This document shows positions 44,200-53,402 of a DNA stretch of 64,000 bases, one piece after another. The notes under the pieces are model-generated. The model was not told the DNA's origin. It ran no database searches and saw only the letters and a list, made by a program, of their open reading frames with translations. Location of the stretch: IMG/VR virus record IMGVR_UViG_3300042934_000594, positions 62,001 through 126,000 of that record; one strand, written 5' to 3'. Position numbers and translations under genes: made by a program. Within the stretch, counting starts at the first letter, position 1; each line of letters starts with the position of its first letter.

Positions 44200-45896
44200 T
44201 TTTTTGCCAGGTGGTCTTCCATCATACCCAGCATTTGATCCAGTGTCGGTGCCCCCAAGATCTTCTGGCAGATCTCCACGGCGTTGGTCTTACCGCCCGT
44301 GAGGTTCACCCCGACCTCACGCCGGTGTTCTTCACTGATCCCCCGCATGCGACAGAACTCCATCACACAGGTTTCCCGTGCGATGTTCAACAGCTGCGAG
44401 ACGTTGGGGTACGTCGAAACGATGTCCAAGTCCGCTACGTGGGTGTAGATCAAGGTGTGATAGTTGGGGTAACCCCCCACACACTTCAAGCCGTTAGGGG
44501 CGGCCATGTACGAGGGTAACGTCACGATCCAGTCATGATGACCGATCACGTGCTCATCCACCTCCTCCACCATCCGGTCAGACGAACTGCCCATGACGCA
44601 GGGTTCTGGACGGTTCAGGTACCAGAAGTGCATGTCGTCACACAGACGCTTAGGGTTAGAGTTAAAGTTCTTGTAGTCGCTGTTCTTGGAATACATCGTG
44701 ATCGACGAAGCCAAATCGTTGGTCTTCTCGTCCAGCATCTCAAGCGTCATACTGTCGAAGATGTTGTAGACCCCGTAGCGAATCTTGTGCTTCTCCTGCA
44801 TGACTTCGTGCCAACGCAGTCCGGTCAAGTGATCGGTTTCAGCAAACTTCAACTTTGTGATCTTGAGTTCCTTCTTCAAGATCGAGTCCAGCGAGTATGA
44901 CGGTTCCTTACCGTTGGCCAGACGGGTGTTACGGTACACCGGCATCAAGTCGATGCACTGGAACGTGGCAGGGTGTGTCAGCCAGTGCCAACGGTCTTCC
45001 ACGTTGATCGACATGGTTTTGCCTGAGGCGGTGACTTTCTGCGTGTTGCCCCGCTTGAAATCAAAGTAGCGGTAGTTCGGTGGGATGCTCGGGTCGCTGA
45101 ACACGTCCTTGGGGTCAATGCCTTCACGTTGCAGCGCGGTGATGATTTTGGAAATGTCGAAGTCGATGTTCCAGAAGCCGAAGAACTCAGGCTTCCATTC
45201 ATGCAACTTGTTTAGGCAACCGATGACCACTTGGGCTGGGGTGTCGACCACGTGCACTTCGATCTTGCACTCGCGCTTTTTGAGTACGTCGCCGATGAAC
45301 TCCTCCGCACAGCGCAGGGTTTCCCCTTCCACGTCCTCAATGTCACTGACCCAGGACTTGAGGTAGTAGATCACCGCGTTCTTTTTATGGGTGACCGACA
45401 TGCAAATGATCTCTTGATCCTTGCTGTGCACGTTGGTCTCGATATCGCCACCGGCCACTCGGTTTAACGTCACCAAGTCAGGCCACTTATTGCGGTAGTC
45501 CGACTTAAGGTAACAGGTACTGGTCACGTCAGTGCCGTAGATGTACGGACTGCGACAGACTTGCTTTAAACCAAAGGCGGAATAATTGCCCGTGGCTTTC
45601 GCCAAGGCCTTCGGTAACTCTAACTGGGTGCACTGAAACTTCTGCAAGTTGCGTGCGTATTCGTAGTCTTTCTTCTCGCGGTGGTTTTGCATCCCCTTGT
45701 GGGTGATCCAATACGGGCGTTTGTAATCGGGGAACTTTTGCAGGACGGGGATCTTCCGGCCGTCTTTAAGGTGGACAATGACCTTGGCCACCAGCAGGTC
45801 GTGGTTCCCTTGCTTTTGGTCCACGACATAAGTGATGTGCTTGCACTCGTAACCCAGCACATCTTCCTTCTTATAACTGATATCGACTTCGCTCAT
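44100..45896 (-). CDS. Family-B DNA polymerase N-terminal half: 3'-5' exonuclease plus motif A (phiKZ gp82-like)
   Basis: ExoI GDIET, ExoII WNIDFDI, SYSLD, ExoIII YNIFD; motif A DLDIVSTYPN...NIARET. Confidence 0.9.
   Translation of the reverse strand: MSEVDISYKKEDVLGYECKHITYVVDQKQGNHDLLVAKVIVHLKDGRKIPVLQKFPDYKRPYWITHKGMQNHREKKDYEYARNLQKFQCTQLELPKALAKATGNYSAFGLKQVCRSPYIYGTDVTSTCYLKSDYRNKWPDLVTLNRVAGGDIETNVHSKDQEIICMSVTHKKNAVIYYLKSWVSDIEDVEGETLRCAEEFIGDVLKKRECKIEVHVVDTPAQVVIGCLNKLHEWKPEFFGFWNIDFDISKIITALQREGIDPKDVFSDPSIPPNYRYFDFKRGNTQKVTASGKTMSINVEDRWHWLTHPATFQCIDLMPVYRNTRLANGKEPSYSLDSILKKELKITKLKFAETDHLTGLRWHEVMQEKHKIRYGVYNIFDSMTLEMLDEKTNDLASSITMYSKNSDYKNFNSNPKRLCDDMHFWYLNRPEPCVMGSSSDRMVEEVDEHVIGHHDWIVTLPSYMAAPNGLKCVGGYPNYHTLIYTHVADLDIVSTYPNVSQLLNIARETCVMEFCRMRGISEEHRREVGVNLTGGKTNAVEICQKILGAPTLDQMLGMMEDHLAKKGPALAPPFDINDLVDMNALPKATAALAPSSAA
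44199..44205 (-). other. -1 ribosomal frameshift slippery heptamer A_AAA_AAG
   Basis: GCA AAA AAG is in frame in the exonuclease gene (codons 564-566). Confidence 0.6.
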
Positions 45897-46000
45897 AAAA
45901 ACACACCTGATTCCTCGCTCTGTAGGATTAAGCCCCCTGGTAATTCTTTGGCGTCCTATCTGTATGACTCAAACGCTTTTTTACCTAGGGACGCTGTACC

Positions 46001-47293
46001 ATGGGCAAACTATTACAACGCGTCTCCATTGAGATGCTGTCGGTCAGCAACAAGCGGCTCCTAGGGGCTGAACTGCTGGCAGTGGTCGAACAGATTTTCG
46101 CCGAGTTCCCCACCAGTGGCGCTAAACCGGCACGTTTCAAAGAGCTGACCGAGATCGTACAAAAGCGCACCAAGATGAACATCGAGGTGGCTTACAACGA
46201 TTACCCGATCTGCAACGCCTGCGCGTACGTACCGTCTCTGGAAGGCCACAACGGCACCACCTACGTTACGGGCACCACGCCGTTGAACATCCGGGACAAG
46301 AAAATCGACTACGGCCTGTTTGACCTGCACATTGACCTGGAGCAGGGAACGATCAGCGGGGAGCTGGTGGACAAGCTGCCCATGAAGATCGAGATGTTCG
46401 CAGGCTTGTTCAGCGGGGAAGAAGTCGAAGGCACCCCACGCGAAGTCACCGGGATCTTGTTGCACGAGATCGGCCATTGCCAGAACATGTACGTGGCTTG
46501 TGGCGACTACGTCTGGCTCAACTACATGCTCACCGAAGGCGTGGAAGTGCTCCTGGGCAAAAAGCCCAACGTCTACAAATTGCAGATGCTCAACGAGACC
46601 TACTTTGAAAAGAACGTCTCCGACAGCAAACTGCGTGAAGAGCTGCGCAGCGCACCCACCGAAGAGAACATGCGCCGGGCGATCCTCACCAACTGGCGTC
46701 TGATGCCGCGGCATCACCTGACGTCCACAGGTGACTACGAGCTGTCGATCAAGCGTGACGAGCAGATGGCAGACCTGTATGCCAGCCGTCAAGGCTTTGG
46801 TCGAGACCTGGTGACGTATTTCAACAAGTTGGATCGGCGCTACGGGGCAGGCAGCTACACCCGAGGACGCGTGGCCTTTGCGGTGGCCGAGACGGCTAAG
46901 CTGATCATGGGTACCGTGGGTGTGCTGCTGCTCCCGCTGTGGCCGATTTCACTGCCGTGTCTGATCACAGTGGCCATCTTGGCCAACGGTGACCATGAGC
47001 GCTACGACAACCCCACCGAGCGGATCAACAAAACCCGCAAGGACCTGATCGCACAACTGAAGTGGGCTGAGGGTGACGCCAACTTCAAAGCTAAGTTGCT
47101 TGAAGACATCGCCGTGATTGATGGCGTGCTCAAAGAGTACAACAGCAACCGCACTGCCTGGGATGCGATCGCCCAGACCCTGTTCCATTCCAGCCGGCGT
47201 CAAGCCCAGCTGAAGAAACACGAAGAACGCTTGGAAGGACTGCTCAACAATGACGCATTCCTGATGGCTGAACGATTTGGTTCCCTGACTTAA
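46001..47293 (+). CDS. Virion protein with zincin metallopeptidase motif and TM segment (phiKZ gp84-like)
   Basis: ILLHEIGH, EQMADLYA.RQGFG, hydrophobic stretch, YDNP.ER. Confidence 0.78.
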   Translation: MGKLLQRVSIEMLSVSNKRLLGAELLAVVEQIFAEFPTSGAKPARFKELTEIVQKRTKMNIEVAYNDYPICNACAYVPSLEGHNGTTYVTGTTPLNIRDKKIDYGLFDLHIDLEQGTISGELVDKLPMKIEMFAGLFSGEEVEGTPREVTGILLHEIGHCQNMYVACGDYVWLNYMLTEGVEVLLGKKPNVYKLQMLNETYFEKNVSDSKLREELRSAPTEENMRRAILTNWRLMPRHHLTSTGDYELSIKRDEQMADLYASRQGFGRDLVTYFNKLDRRYGAGSYTRGRVAFAVAETAKLIMGTVGVLLLPLWPISLPCLITVAILANGDHERYDNPTERINKTRKDLIAQLKWAEGDANFKAKLLEDIAVIDGVLKEYNSNRTAWDAIAQTLFHSSRRQAQLKKHEERLEGLLNNDAFLMAERFGSLT

Positions 47294-47306
47294 CTTCGAG
47301 GCAATT

Positions 47307-47750
47307 ATGCGCACTGGTTACCTGCTGGCTCAACAGCTCAAGCAACTCAAAACCCCAAACAACAACGATCGTCTGGCCCGGGCACTCTGGGTGGCGACTG
47401 CGGTAGGCTACAAGGTTCCGTTGAACCCAGCCGTCAACTTCGATGCGGCGTACGAACAACACGCCAAACCGTTCTTGAAGCTGCTCAACGAAGTCAACGA
47501 AAACATCGCGCTGGACACCAAGTTGGCGCTCTCCTGCTTTCGTACCACCCTGCGCACTCGCTACGAGCTGATGAACGGCACCGGCGACCCCATGCTGATT
47601 CAGGCGGCCCTGAACAGCCATTACGCTGAACTCTCCGGCACCCCGGAAAAGAAAGGCATGTCCGACTGGCTGACCAGCCGTCATGAATTTGCAGCGTCTC
47701 AACAAGCTGCATCGACCCTCCTGGACGAACACTTCGCCGAGGTCGAATAA
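47307..47750 (+). CDS. Hypothetical/virion protein (gp85 position)
   Basis: 147 aa, GAGG RBS. Confidence 0.72.
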   Translation: MRTGYLLAQQLKQLKTPNNNDRLARALWVATAVGYKVPLNPAVNFDAAYEQHAKPFLKLLNEVNENIALDTKLALSCFRTTLRTRYELMNGTGDPMLIQAALNSHYAELSGTPEKKGMSDWLTSRHEFAASQQAASTLLDEHFAEVE

Positions 47751-47765
47751 AACGAGGTCTACACC

Positions 47766-48089
47766 ATGGAACCGGACCGTTCTCCTACCAAACCTGGCCT
47801 GTTGCTGCCACGCCTGACGCCTAAGTACCTGGAGTCCTTGATTGTATTCGAGGCCTATGCGCACTTTCCAGAAACACGCACCACCGTGATCAACGTGAAA
47901 CTGGATTGTGATTTCTCCATTACATGCGATGTGGTTTGCACCAATCCGGCTTTGTACAATGAGGAAGACGGCAAGCAGCGCGCGAAGAAGAAGGTACTCG
48001 AATTGATTTACGAAAAAGAGTACTACGCGTTGCGCAAACAACTGAGTGCGCAAAAGAAAACCACCGTAGGTAAAGGCAATGGAAACTGA
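47766..48089 (+). CDS. Phage gp49/66-family-like small protein
   Basis: C.NPALYNEEDGKQRA...E...Y.LR resembles the family C..P.NFD.E.G..IA motif. Confidence 0.55.
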   Translation: MEPDRSPTKPGLLLPRLTPKYLESLIVFEAYAHFPETRTTVINVKLDCDFSITCDVVCTNPALYNEEDGKQRAKKKVLELIYEKEYYALRKQLSAQKKTTVGKGNGN

Positions 48090-49326
48090 ATTTCAAAATC
48101 AGGAAGAGTTGGACACCGCACTGGCCGAAGACGTCATTGCCGATGGCCAGCCCATGACTGAGTACCCGCAAGACGCAGGTGACGAACTGCGTGAAGCCGG
48201 GGTGGCCTTGGAGTGGATGGGTGACTTGCTCACTACGATCTCCACCGAGGGTGCCAGCCGGGACGACATCCGCGCCGTGTACGCCATCTGCGACAAGCTC
48301 AACAGCATTGGCATGAACGTTAAGGTCAGTGCCGGTCTGGAAGCATACGGCCCTAACCACTTCACCCCTCAGCGCAGCCTGTTGAACCAGTCCTTGGGAT
48401 TGGAAGGTCTGGGGGCAACGATCGTGGCCACGGTCAAGAGCTGGTTCCAGAAGCTGATCGATTACCTGGCCCGTGCCTATCGCTTCGTGCGTGACTTGCA
48501 GCACCGCGACAGTACGGTCTCCAGCAAGATCGAATCGGCCATCAAGGCCGTGGAAGAAACCCAGAGCGCCACGGACGACATCATCCGCCTGGTCAAGGAA
48601 GACGCCACCCTGCACGATGCCGAACTGATGGAGTTCGTCAAACGCATCCAGCTCTCTCCACAGATCAAACGCACGCCGCTGACGGCCGCAGGGTTCGGGG
48701 ATTCGGATTACCTGTTGCCGATTCTGCGCTTTCGTTCGGACCTGGTGGACCTCACGGCCAAGTTCCAGGCAGACTTGGACCAAGTCACCCGCTACGTGGA
48801 TGGGGTGGGTGACACGGTGGTGATGGACATGACCCAACCGGACCGTCTGGAAACCATGACGGTATTGGCAGGGCAGTGGATGGCGGAGAACCCGGACCCC
48901 AAGTTTCTGTTCGACTACATCACCTTCGCCACATTGATGCGTCCTTTCAACCGCCGGCAGCGCGAAGCGGTGACCTACCAGTTCTTGGTGGAGACCTACA
49001 GCGATTCGGCCAAGCAACTCAAATCCATCAAAGGCATTAAACTGCCCGAGGGGGATGACAGTGATCCAGAGGCGCTTGCCGAACTGTCGCGTTGTGTGAG
49101 CGTGTTGTCTAAGATGTACGACAACCTGGGCAAGATGGCCAACTTCTTCAGCACGTACAACCGTGCACAGTTGGCAGTCATCGCCGCGTACTGCCATTTC
49201 CACAAGAAGCGCCGCAGCCTGTGGGTCGCCACCTTGTTGGAAAGTCCGCTCGAGGGTCGTCTCAAAGAGCAGCAGCAGAAAGCCGAAGAGAAACTCAACG
49301 GCTTGTTTAAAGGCTTGGGCTTCTAA
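48079..49326 (+). CDS. Inner-head protein with cleavable acidic propeptide (phiKZ gp86-like)
   Basis: Acidic N-terminus with ALE and GLE sites; HFTPQRS..N..LGLE. Confidence 0.72.
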   Translation: METEFQNQEELDTALAEDVIADGQPMTEYPQDAGDELREAGVALEWMGDLLTTISTEGASRDDIRAVYAICDKLNSIGMNVKVSAGLEAYGPNHFTPQRSLLNQSLGLEGLGATIVATVKSWFQKLIDYLARAYRFVRDLQHRDSTVSSKIESAIKAVEETQSATDDIIRLVKEDATLHDAELMEFVKRIQLSPQIKRTPLTAAGFGDSDYLLPILRFRSDLVDLTAKFQADLDQVTRYVDGVGDTVVMDMTQPDRLETMTVLAGQWMAENPDPKFLFDYITFATLMRPFNRRQREAVTYQFLVETYSDSAKQLKSIKGIKLPEGDDSDPEALAELSRCVSVLSKMYDNLGKMANFFSTYNRAQLAVIAAYCHFHKKRRSLWVATLLESPLEGRLKEQQQKAEEKLNGLFKGLGF

Positions 49327-49327
49327 G

Positions 49328-49364
49328 CGACATACAGCCTCCCCGAAGGGAGGCTGCTATGCCG
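49328..49364. terminator. Bidirectional hairpin CGACATA...TATGCCG
   Basis: CGACATA-CAGCCTCCC-CGAA-GGGAGGCTG-c-TATGCCG. Confidence 0.82.
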
Positions 49365-52271
49365 TTACGTCAAAGCAACTGCGTTGTGGTTCTTGAAGTT
49401 GACCTTGATGTCGTCTTCCACCAACAGGGTCTGGTTAGCCAGCACCGTCAGTTTCTTACGCAAGCCCAACCGCACGGCCGCATCGTTGATGGTCAGTAGT
49501 GGGTAGTCATTGTCGGTGCCACCCAGGCCACCGGCTTCGATACTCACCACATCATCACCAGCGTTGGTTTTCAAGCGAGCAATGATGTCAGAGCGGCTGA
49601 TGGTGCTGCGCCCTAATGTGTCATTGACCAGCGACTTGGTACTGGCCAACAGGCCTTCCCGAATCGAGGTATTCTTGTACGCCGTTTCCGTCATGTAGTA
49701 ATCGACCCAGAACGCTTGGTCGATCGTGATCGTCGCCGTCACCCCTTCTTTCACATTGGCGGTGGTGTCACCGTACGTGGCCGTTGGGTACAGGTACAAC
49801 TTGGATTGCTCCAAGAGCAGGCTGTTGATCAGCGACACGTCATTGTTCAACCACCCCACCAGTTCCATCGGGATCGAACGCCGGTACGTGACGCTGGCTT
49901 CCTCGGTGGCGAAGTAATAGATGCCGTCAACGAAGAACATCGTCACTTCCCGCAACAGCTTACGCGGTGCTTTGAGGATGGGCTTCTGTGTGACCGGATC
50001 AAGCTTCACGTCACCCTTAAGGTAGCGATACACCGGTTTACCGTCTTTGAGAACGGGATCACCTTTCTTGTGCTCAACCTCGTAGGTGTAACTGCCGTTG
50101 GCCCCCGGCGTGATGACAATCTGGTTATTCTCATCGCGCTTGTACTGCGTCTCTTCCCAGAACCACTGAACGTTCTCTGCCCACCGCTCGTAGGACTCCT
50201 CGCCCAGCACGGGGCGGTTACGCCGCCACAGGCGCGTCATGTCGTACCCCAAGATCACCGTGAGGCGCTCGCGCTGCAAGACCATGAACTTGCTTGGCAA
50301 CAAGTGCGTCTGCACCATCTCATCCAGATCCCCCGCTTTGTAGCCTGGGGTGATGCTGTCGGTGACGATCACTGAAACGTCGAAGTCATGACGCAGTGGG
50401 CTGCTGTAGTCAAACTGCTGCTCGGTGTACATCGACATGTTGGTGGTGAACAGGTTGTTCCCCGAGTCGATGTCAAAGTCAGTGTGGATGTCAAAGCGGT
50501 ATTGGCGCTCTTTGTCCACGTAACCCACCAGCGTGCCGTTGACACTGGCATACTGCGTTTCCCCTGTGGGTCGGTAACCCAACTGCAACACGATCAAGTC
50601 GTCTTCCAGGTTCTTGAACGTGTCCCCGGAATCCAAGGTGACCAACACCTGGTAGCCGGTGTCGTTGCGGGAGATGGAATACGCCCCAATCCCTGCCTGC
50701 AATTGCGCACTGTCGTTTTCATCGACAAACGTCTTGCGCACCACCGAAGGTTCGTCCAGGTAATAGGGACGCAGATCAAAGGTGTTGAGTGTGGTGTCGA
50801 ACACGTAATGCAGTGGGGTGTACAGGTAACGGGTGTCCGCCACTGCCCGCGCCACGGCTTCAGCCGAACTGTTGGCCAGGGCGGCATTGGCCGCATCGGT
50901 CACCACATTGATCCGCCCGTTCTTGTAGGCATACAGCATCGAAGGGAGGATGGTCATGCGGTCGCCGTTGTCTTTGACGTGAGCGGATCGACTCAGCTCC
51001 TCCATCGACACTTGCAACTGACTCATCACACACCCAGCGCCCGAGATCGTGGTGCCGTTCTCAGGTGCCGACAACCGACGTGACGCCAAGAACTGCCGGT
51101 TGGTGATGTTGTCGATGTTGGTCACCATCGAGTAACCACGTTTGGACAGGTCGCTTGAGAGTTGCACATTGGTGATGGGCACCCGCGAACTGCCCAGGGT
51201 CCCGTCGATCACCGAGGCTCGCAAGGTGTCGAAGTCCACCGAGTTGGACCCACCAGTGACCCGATGAGGGTTCAGCACTTGCCGGCGGTTGAACGTCTCC
51301 AGAGGAGAGATGTACTTGGAGTCGTCATCGATGGCCACCATGTCCATCGTGTACTGGGTGTCTGCGTAACTGCCCAGGTCGATGTCCACCGCACCTTTGG
51401 TGGTGTAGATGTCCACCCGGATCTCACCTTGGGCCAGGCCCGCGGTTTTGTAGATCACCGGAATGCGCACGTACAGTTTGTTGTTGCTGACCTTCAGCAC
51501 CGCCGTCAACTTCAACGGGTCGTACACCTGAGCAGAGTGGGTGGTGTTGATTTCCTGCCACACCCCGTTACGGTCCTTGACGTACACCCGTGCATGGTAG
51601 AACAAATCCGTGAAGGTGTAGGTGTCATCAAACGCTGCGGTAGGCGACAACACTTCAGTGCTGGTGGCAATGGCGAACTGACCCACCGGAATGCGCAGCA
51701 GCAGCAGCTTCTCGCCCGCGATGCTGATGGCGTCCCAGTCTACCAGGTTCGACTCCAAGGTCTGGATCGGGCTTTTGACATCCGCATCGTAGACAATCGA
51801 GATCCCGCCGTGCGCCATGACCCGCAGCTCGATAGGAAACTGCATGGTGTAGATTTGCCCAGCCACTTTAAAGTTGGTAAAGCGGGGGATCACCAGCTTA
51901 CGCATCCCGGACTCACCGGTGGGCAGAGCCTTGGCCAACAGCTCGTCACGAGAAATGTACAACTCAAACGTGGTCCAGGCAGGCGTCGCAAACCGACCGA
52001 TGTAGTCGTCGTCGGACATGTGAGCGTACAGCTCTTCAGCCGTCAGGGCCATCTCAGGGTACAGCCGACGCAACAGGGCTTCACCTTCACTGCAAAACAT
52101 CGCGGTGTTTAAGGTGTTGCATTCTAATGCATACACAAACGGCATGGACGCATTGGGCACATCGTAAGAACCGGTGCCGTCAAGTTGCGCCTCCAGTTCA
52201 TTCAGGGCGATGTCTTGCATCAGGCCGGGGTTGAATCGCACAAGGGCGATTTTGTCCTGGTATTCACTCAT
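49365..52271 (-). CDS. Large baseplate structural protein (phiKZ gp87-like, wedge candidate)
   Basis: 968 aa; LYAHMSD.DY, YDP..LTA.L, DIYTTKG, TGGSN..DFDTLR and IDNITNR motifs. Confidence 0.78.
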   Translation of the reverse strand: MSEYQDKIALVRFNPGLMQDIALNELEAQLDGTGSYDVPNASMPFVYALECNTLNTAMFCSEGEALLRRLYPEMALTAEELYAHMSDDDYIGRFATPAWTTFELYISRDELLAKALPTGESGMRKLVIPRFTNFKVAGQIYTMQFPIELRVMAHGGISIVYDADVKSPIQTLESNLVDWDAISIAGEKLLLLRIPVGQFAIATSTEVLSPTAAFDDTYTFTDLFYHARVYVKDRNGVWQEINTTHSAQVYDPLKLTAVLKVSNNKLYVRIPVIYKTAGLAQGEIRVDIYTTKGAVDIDLGSYADTQYTMDMVAIDDDSKYISPLETFNRRQVLNPHRVTGGSNSVDFDTLRASVIDGTLGSSRVPITNVQLSSDLSKRGYSMVTNIDNITNRQFLASRRLSAPENGTTISGAGCVMSQLQVSMEELSRSAHVKDNGDRMTILPSMLYAYKNGRINVVTDAANAALANSSAEAVARAVADTRYLYTPLHYVFDTTLNTFDLRPYYLDEPSVVRKTFVDENDSAQLQAGIGAYSISRNDTGYQVLVTLDSGDTFKNLEDDLIVLQLGYRPTGETQYASVNGTLVGYVDKERQYRFDIHTDFDIDSGNNLFTTNMSMYTEQQFDYSSPLRHDFDVSVIVTDSITPGYKAGDLDEMVQTHLLPSKFMVLQRERLTVILGYDMTRLWRRNRPVLGEESYERWAENVQWFWEETQYKRDENNQIVITPGANGSYTYEVEHKKGDPVLKDGKPVYRYLKGDVKLDPVTQKPILKAPRKLLREVTMFFVDGIYYFATEEASVTYRRSIPMELVGWLNNDVSLINSLLLEQSKLYLYPTATYGDTTANVKEGVTATITIDQAFWVDYYMTETAYKNTSIREGLLASTKSLVNDTLGRSTISRSDIIARLKTNAGDDVVSIEAGGLGGTDNDYPLLTINDAAVRLGLRKKLTVLANQTLLVEDDIKVNFKNHNAVALT

Positions 52272-53365
52272 GGTTGGCTAGCCTGTACGTTAGGGCCTTG
52301 GTTAACAGCTTGTTGGGCCGCGGTGTCAACTTGACGCAACACGCCCGACTTGGCTTGGTTGTAGACCGCCATCGGCACGTACCACTCCAGTTCCATGTCC
52401 AGCGGATTGATCCGTGGGTAGGACTGATAGTTGAAGTACTCGCGTTCCCAAGGCCGCAGCTTCTGCATCGCCGAATCCCGGCGGTCAGCACGCATGTTGG
52501 GGTTGAACTCTTCCTGGAGGGTATTAAATTCATACACCAGGATGTGGTCGTAGTACGTAAAGCCGTGGCAGCGGAAACTGATGCTGATGTTTTCCTGCAC
52601 CTGTTGGAACGGCGTCTCCGACCCGTCACCGGTGAAGTTGAACTTCTGTCCGATCGGGGCCGTCATCGGGAAGCAGGCATTGGCCGCTCCCAGGGAGGTC
52701 ACGTAGGTGCGTGAAGCGTCCATCATCAGGCGCCAGATGCGGGTGTTGTAGTCCAGCTCGTTCATCAACACCAGTTCTGGGTAGGGCATCAACCGCCCTT
52801 CATAGACCAGACCCATGTACTGACCCCATAGGCGCATCATCAATGATATAGGGTCGCCTGAAATATTTCGGAAAGTGGCAGTTAAGTCGTACGTGCCGTA
52901 TTGGTACGGAACGTCGTCCACGTACGAGTACGACTCGCGGTACAACCCAGGTTCGGAACTGTGTGTGCCGATGGTGAAGTCATCAAACCCGGTCAGTGAG
53001 ATCAGGTTGTTGGACAGCAACGGAATAAACGGGGACAGGTAATCCACCCCCGGACACGTCAGCAGCGCCTGCCCTTGACCCTGGGTTTGTGACCAGGGAT
53101 CCATGTAGCAACGCAGCATCCGTTCCATGCTTGCCGGGTTGGGGTTCAGCAGCAGGGAGAGCATTCGATCGACCTGCAAGTTATCGTATGACATATTCAT
53201 GCACGGTCGCGTGAAAAACGTGAAGCCGTGGTTTTCAGTGTTGAGTACGATGGGTGCGTTGCGGCCGATGATATTCAGCCCATAAAACGCATCCGAGATG
53301 GTCCGGTCACGCGGGGCCTGCCCGGTATTGCGTGCAATCTGGTTTAAATAATCGTCGAGTGCCAT
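52268..53365 (-). CDS. Tail/baseplate structural protein (phiKZ gp88-like)
   Basis: GFTFFTRP..N.S..N, PFIPLLSNNL.SL.G, FRNI.GDPI and DYNTRI motifs. Confidence 0.78.
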   Translation of the reverse strand: MALDDYLNQIARNTGQAPRDRTISDAFYGLNIIGRNAPIVLNTENHGFTFFTRPCMNMSYDNLQVDRMLSLLLNPNPASMERMLRCYMDPWSQTQGQGQALLTCPGVDYLSPFIPLLSNNLISLTGFDDFTIGTHSSEPGLYRESYSYVDDVPYQYGTYDLTATFRNISGDPISLMMRLWGQYMGLVYEGRLMPYPELVLMNELDYNTRIWRLMMDASRTYVTSLGAANACFPMTAPIGQKFNFTGDGSETPFQQVQENISISFRCHGFTYYDHILVYEFNTLQEEFNPNMRADRRDSAMQKLRPWEREYFNYQSYPRINPLDMELEWYVPMAVYNQAKSGVLRQVDTAAQQAVNQGPNVQASQP

Positions 53366-53402
53366 TTACAACCACTCCAAATGTAACAGAAGGAAATCAA
53401 TC

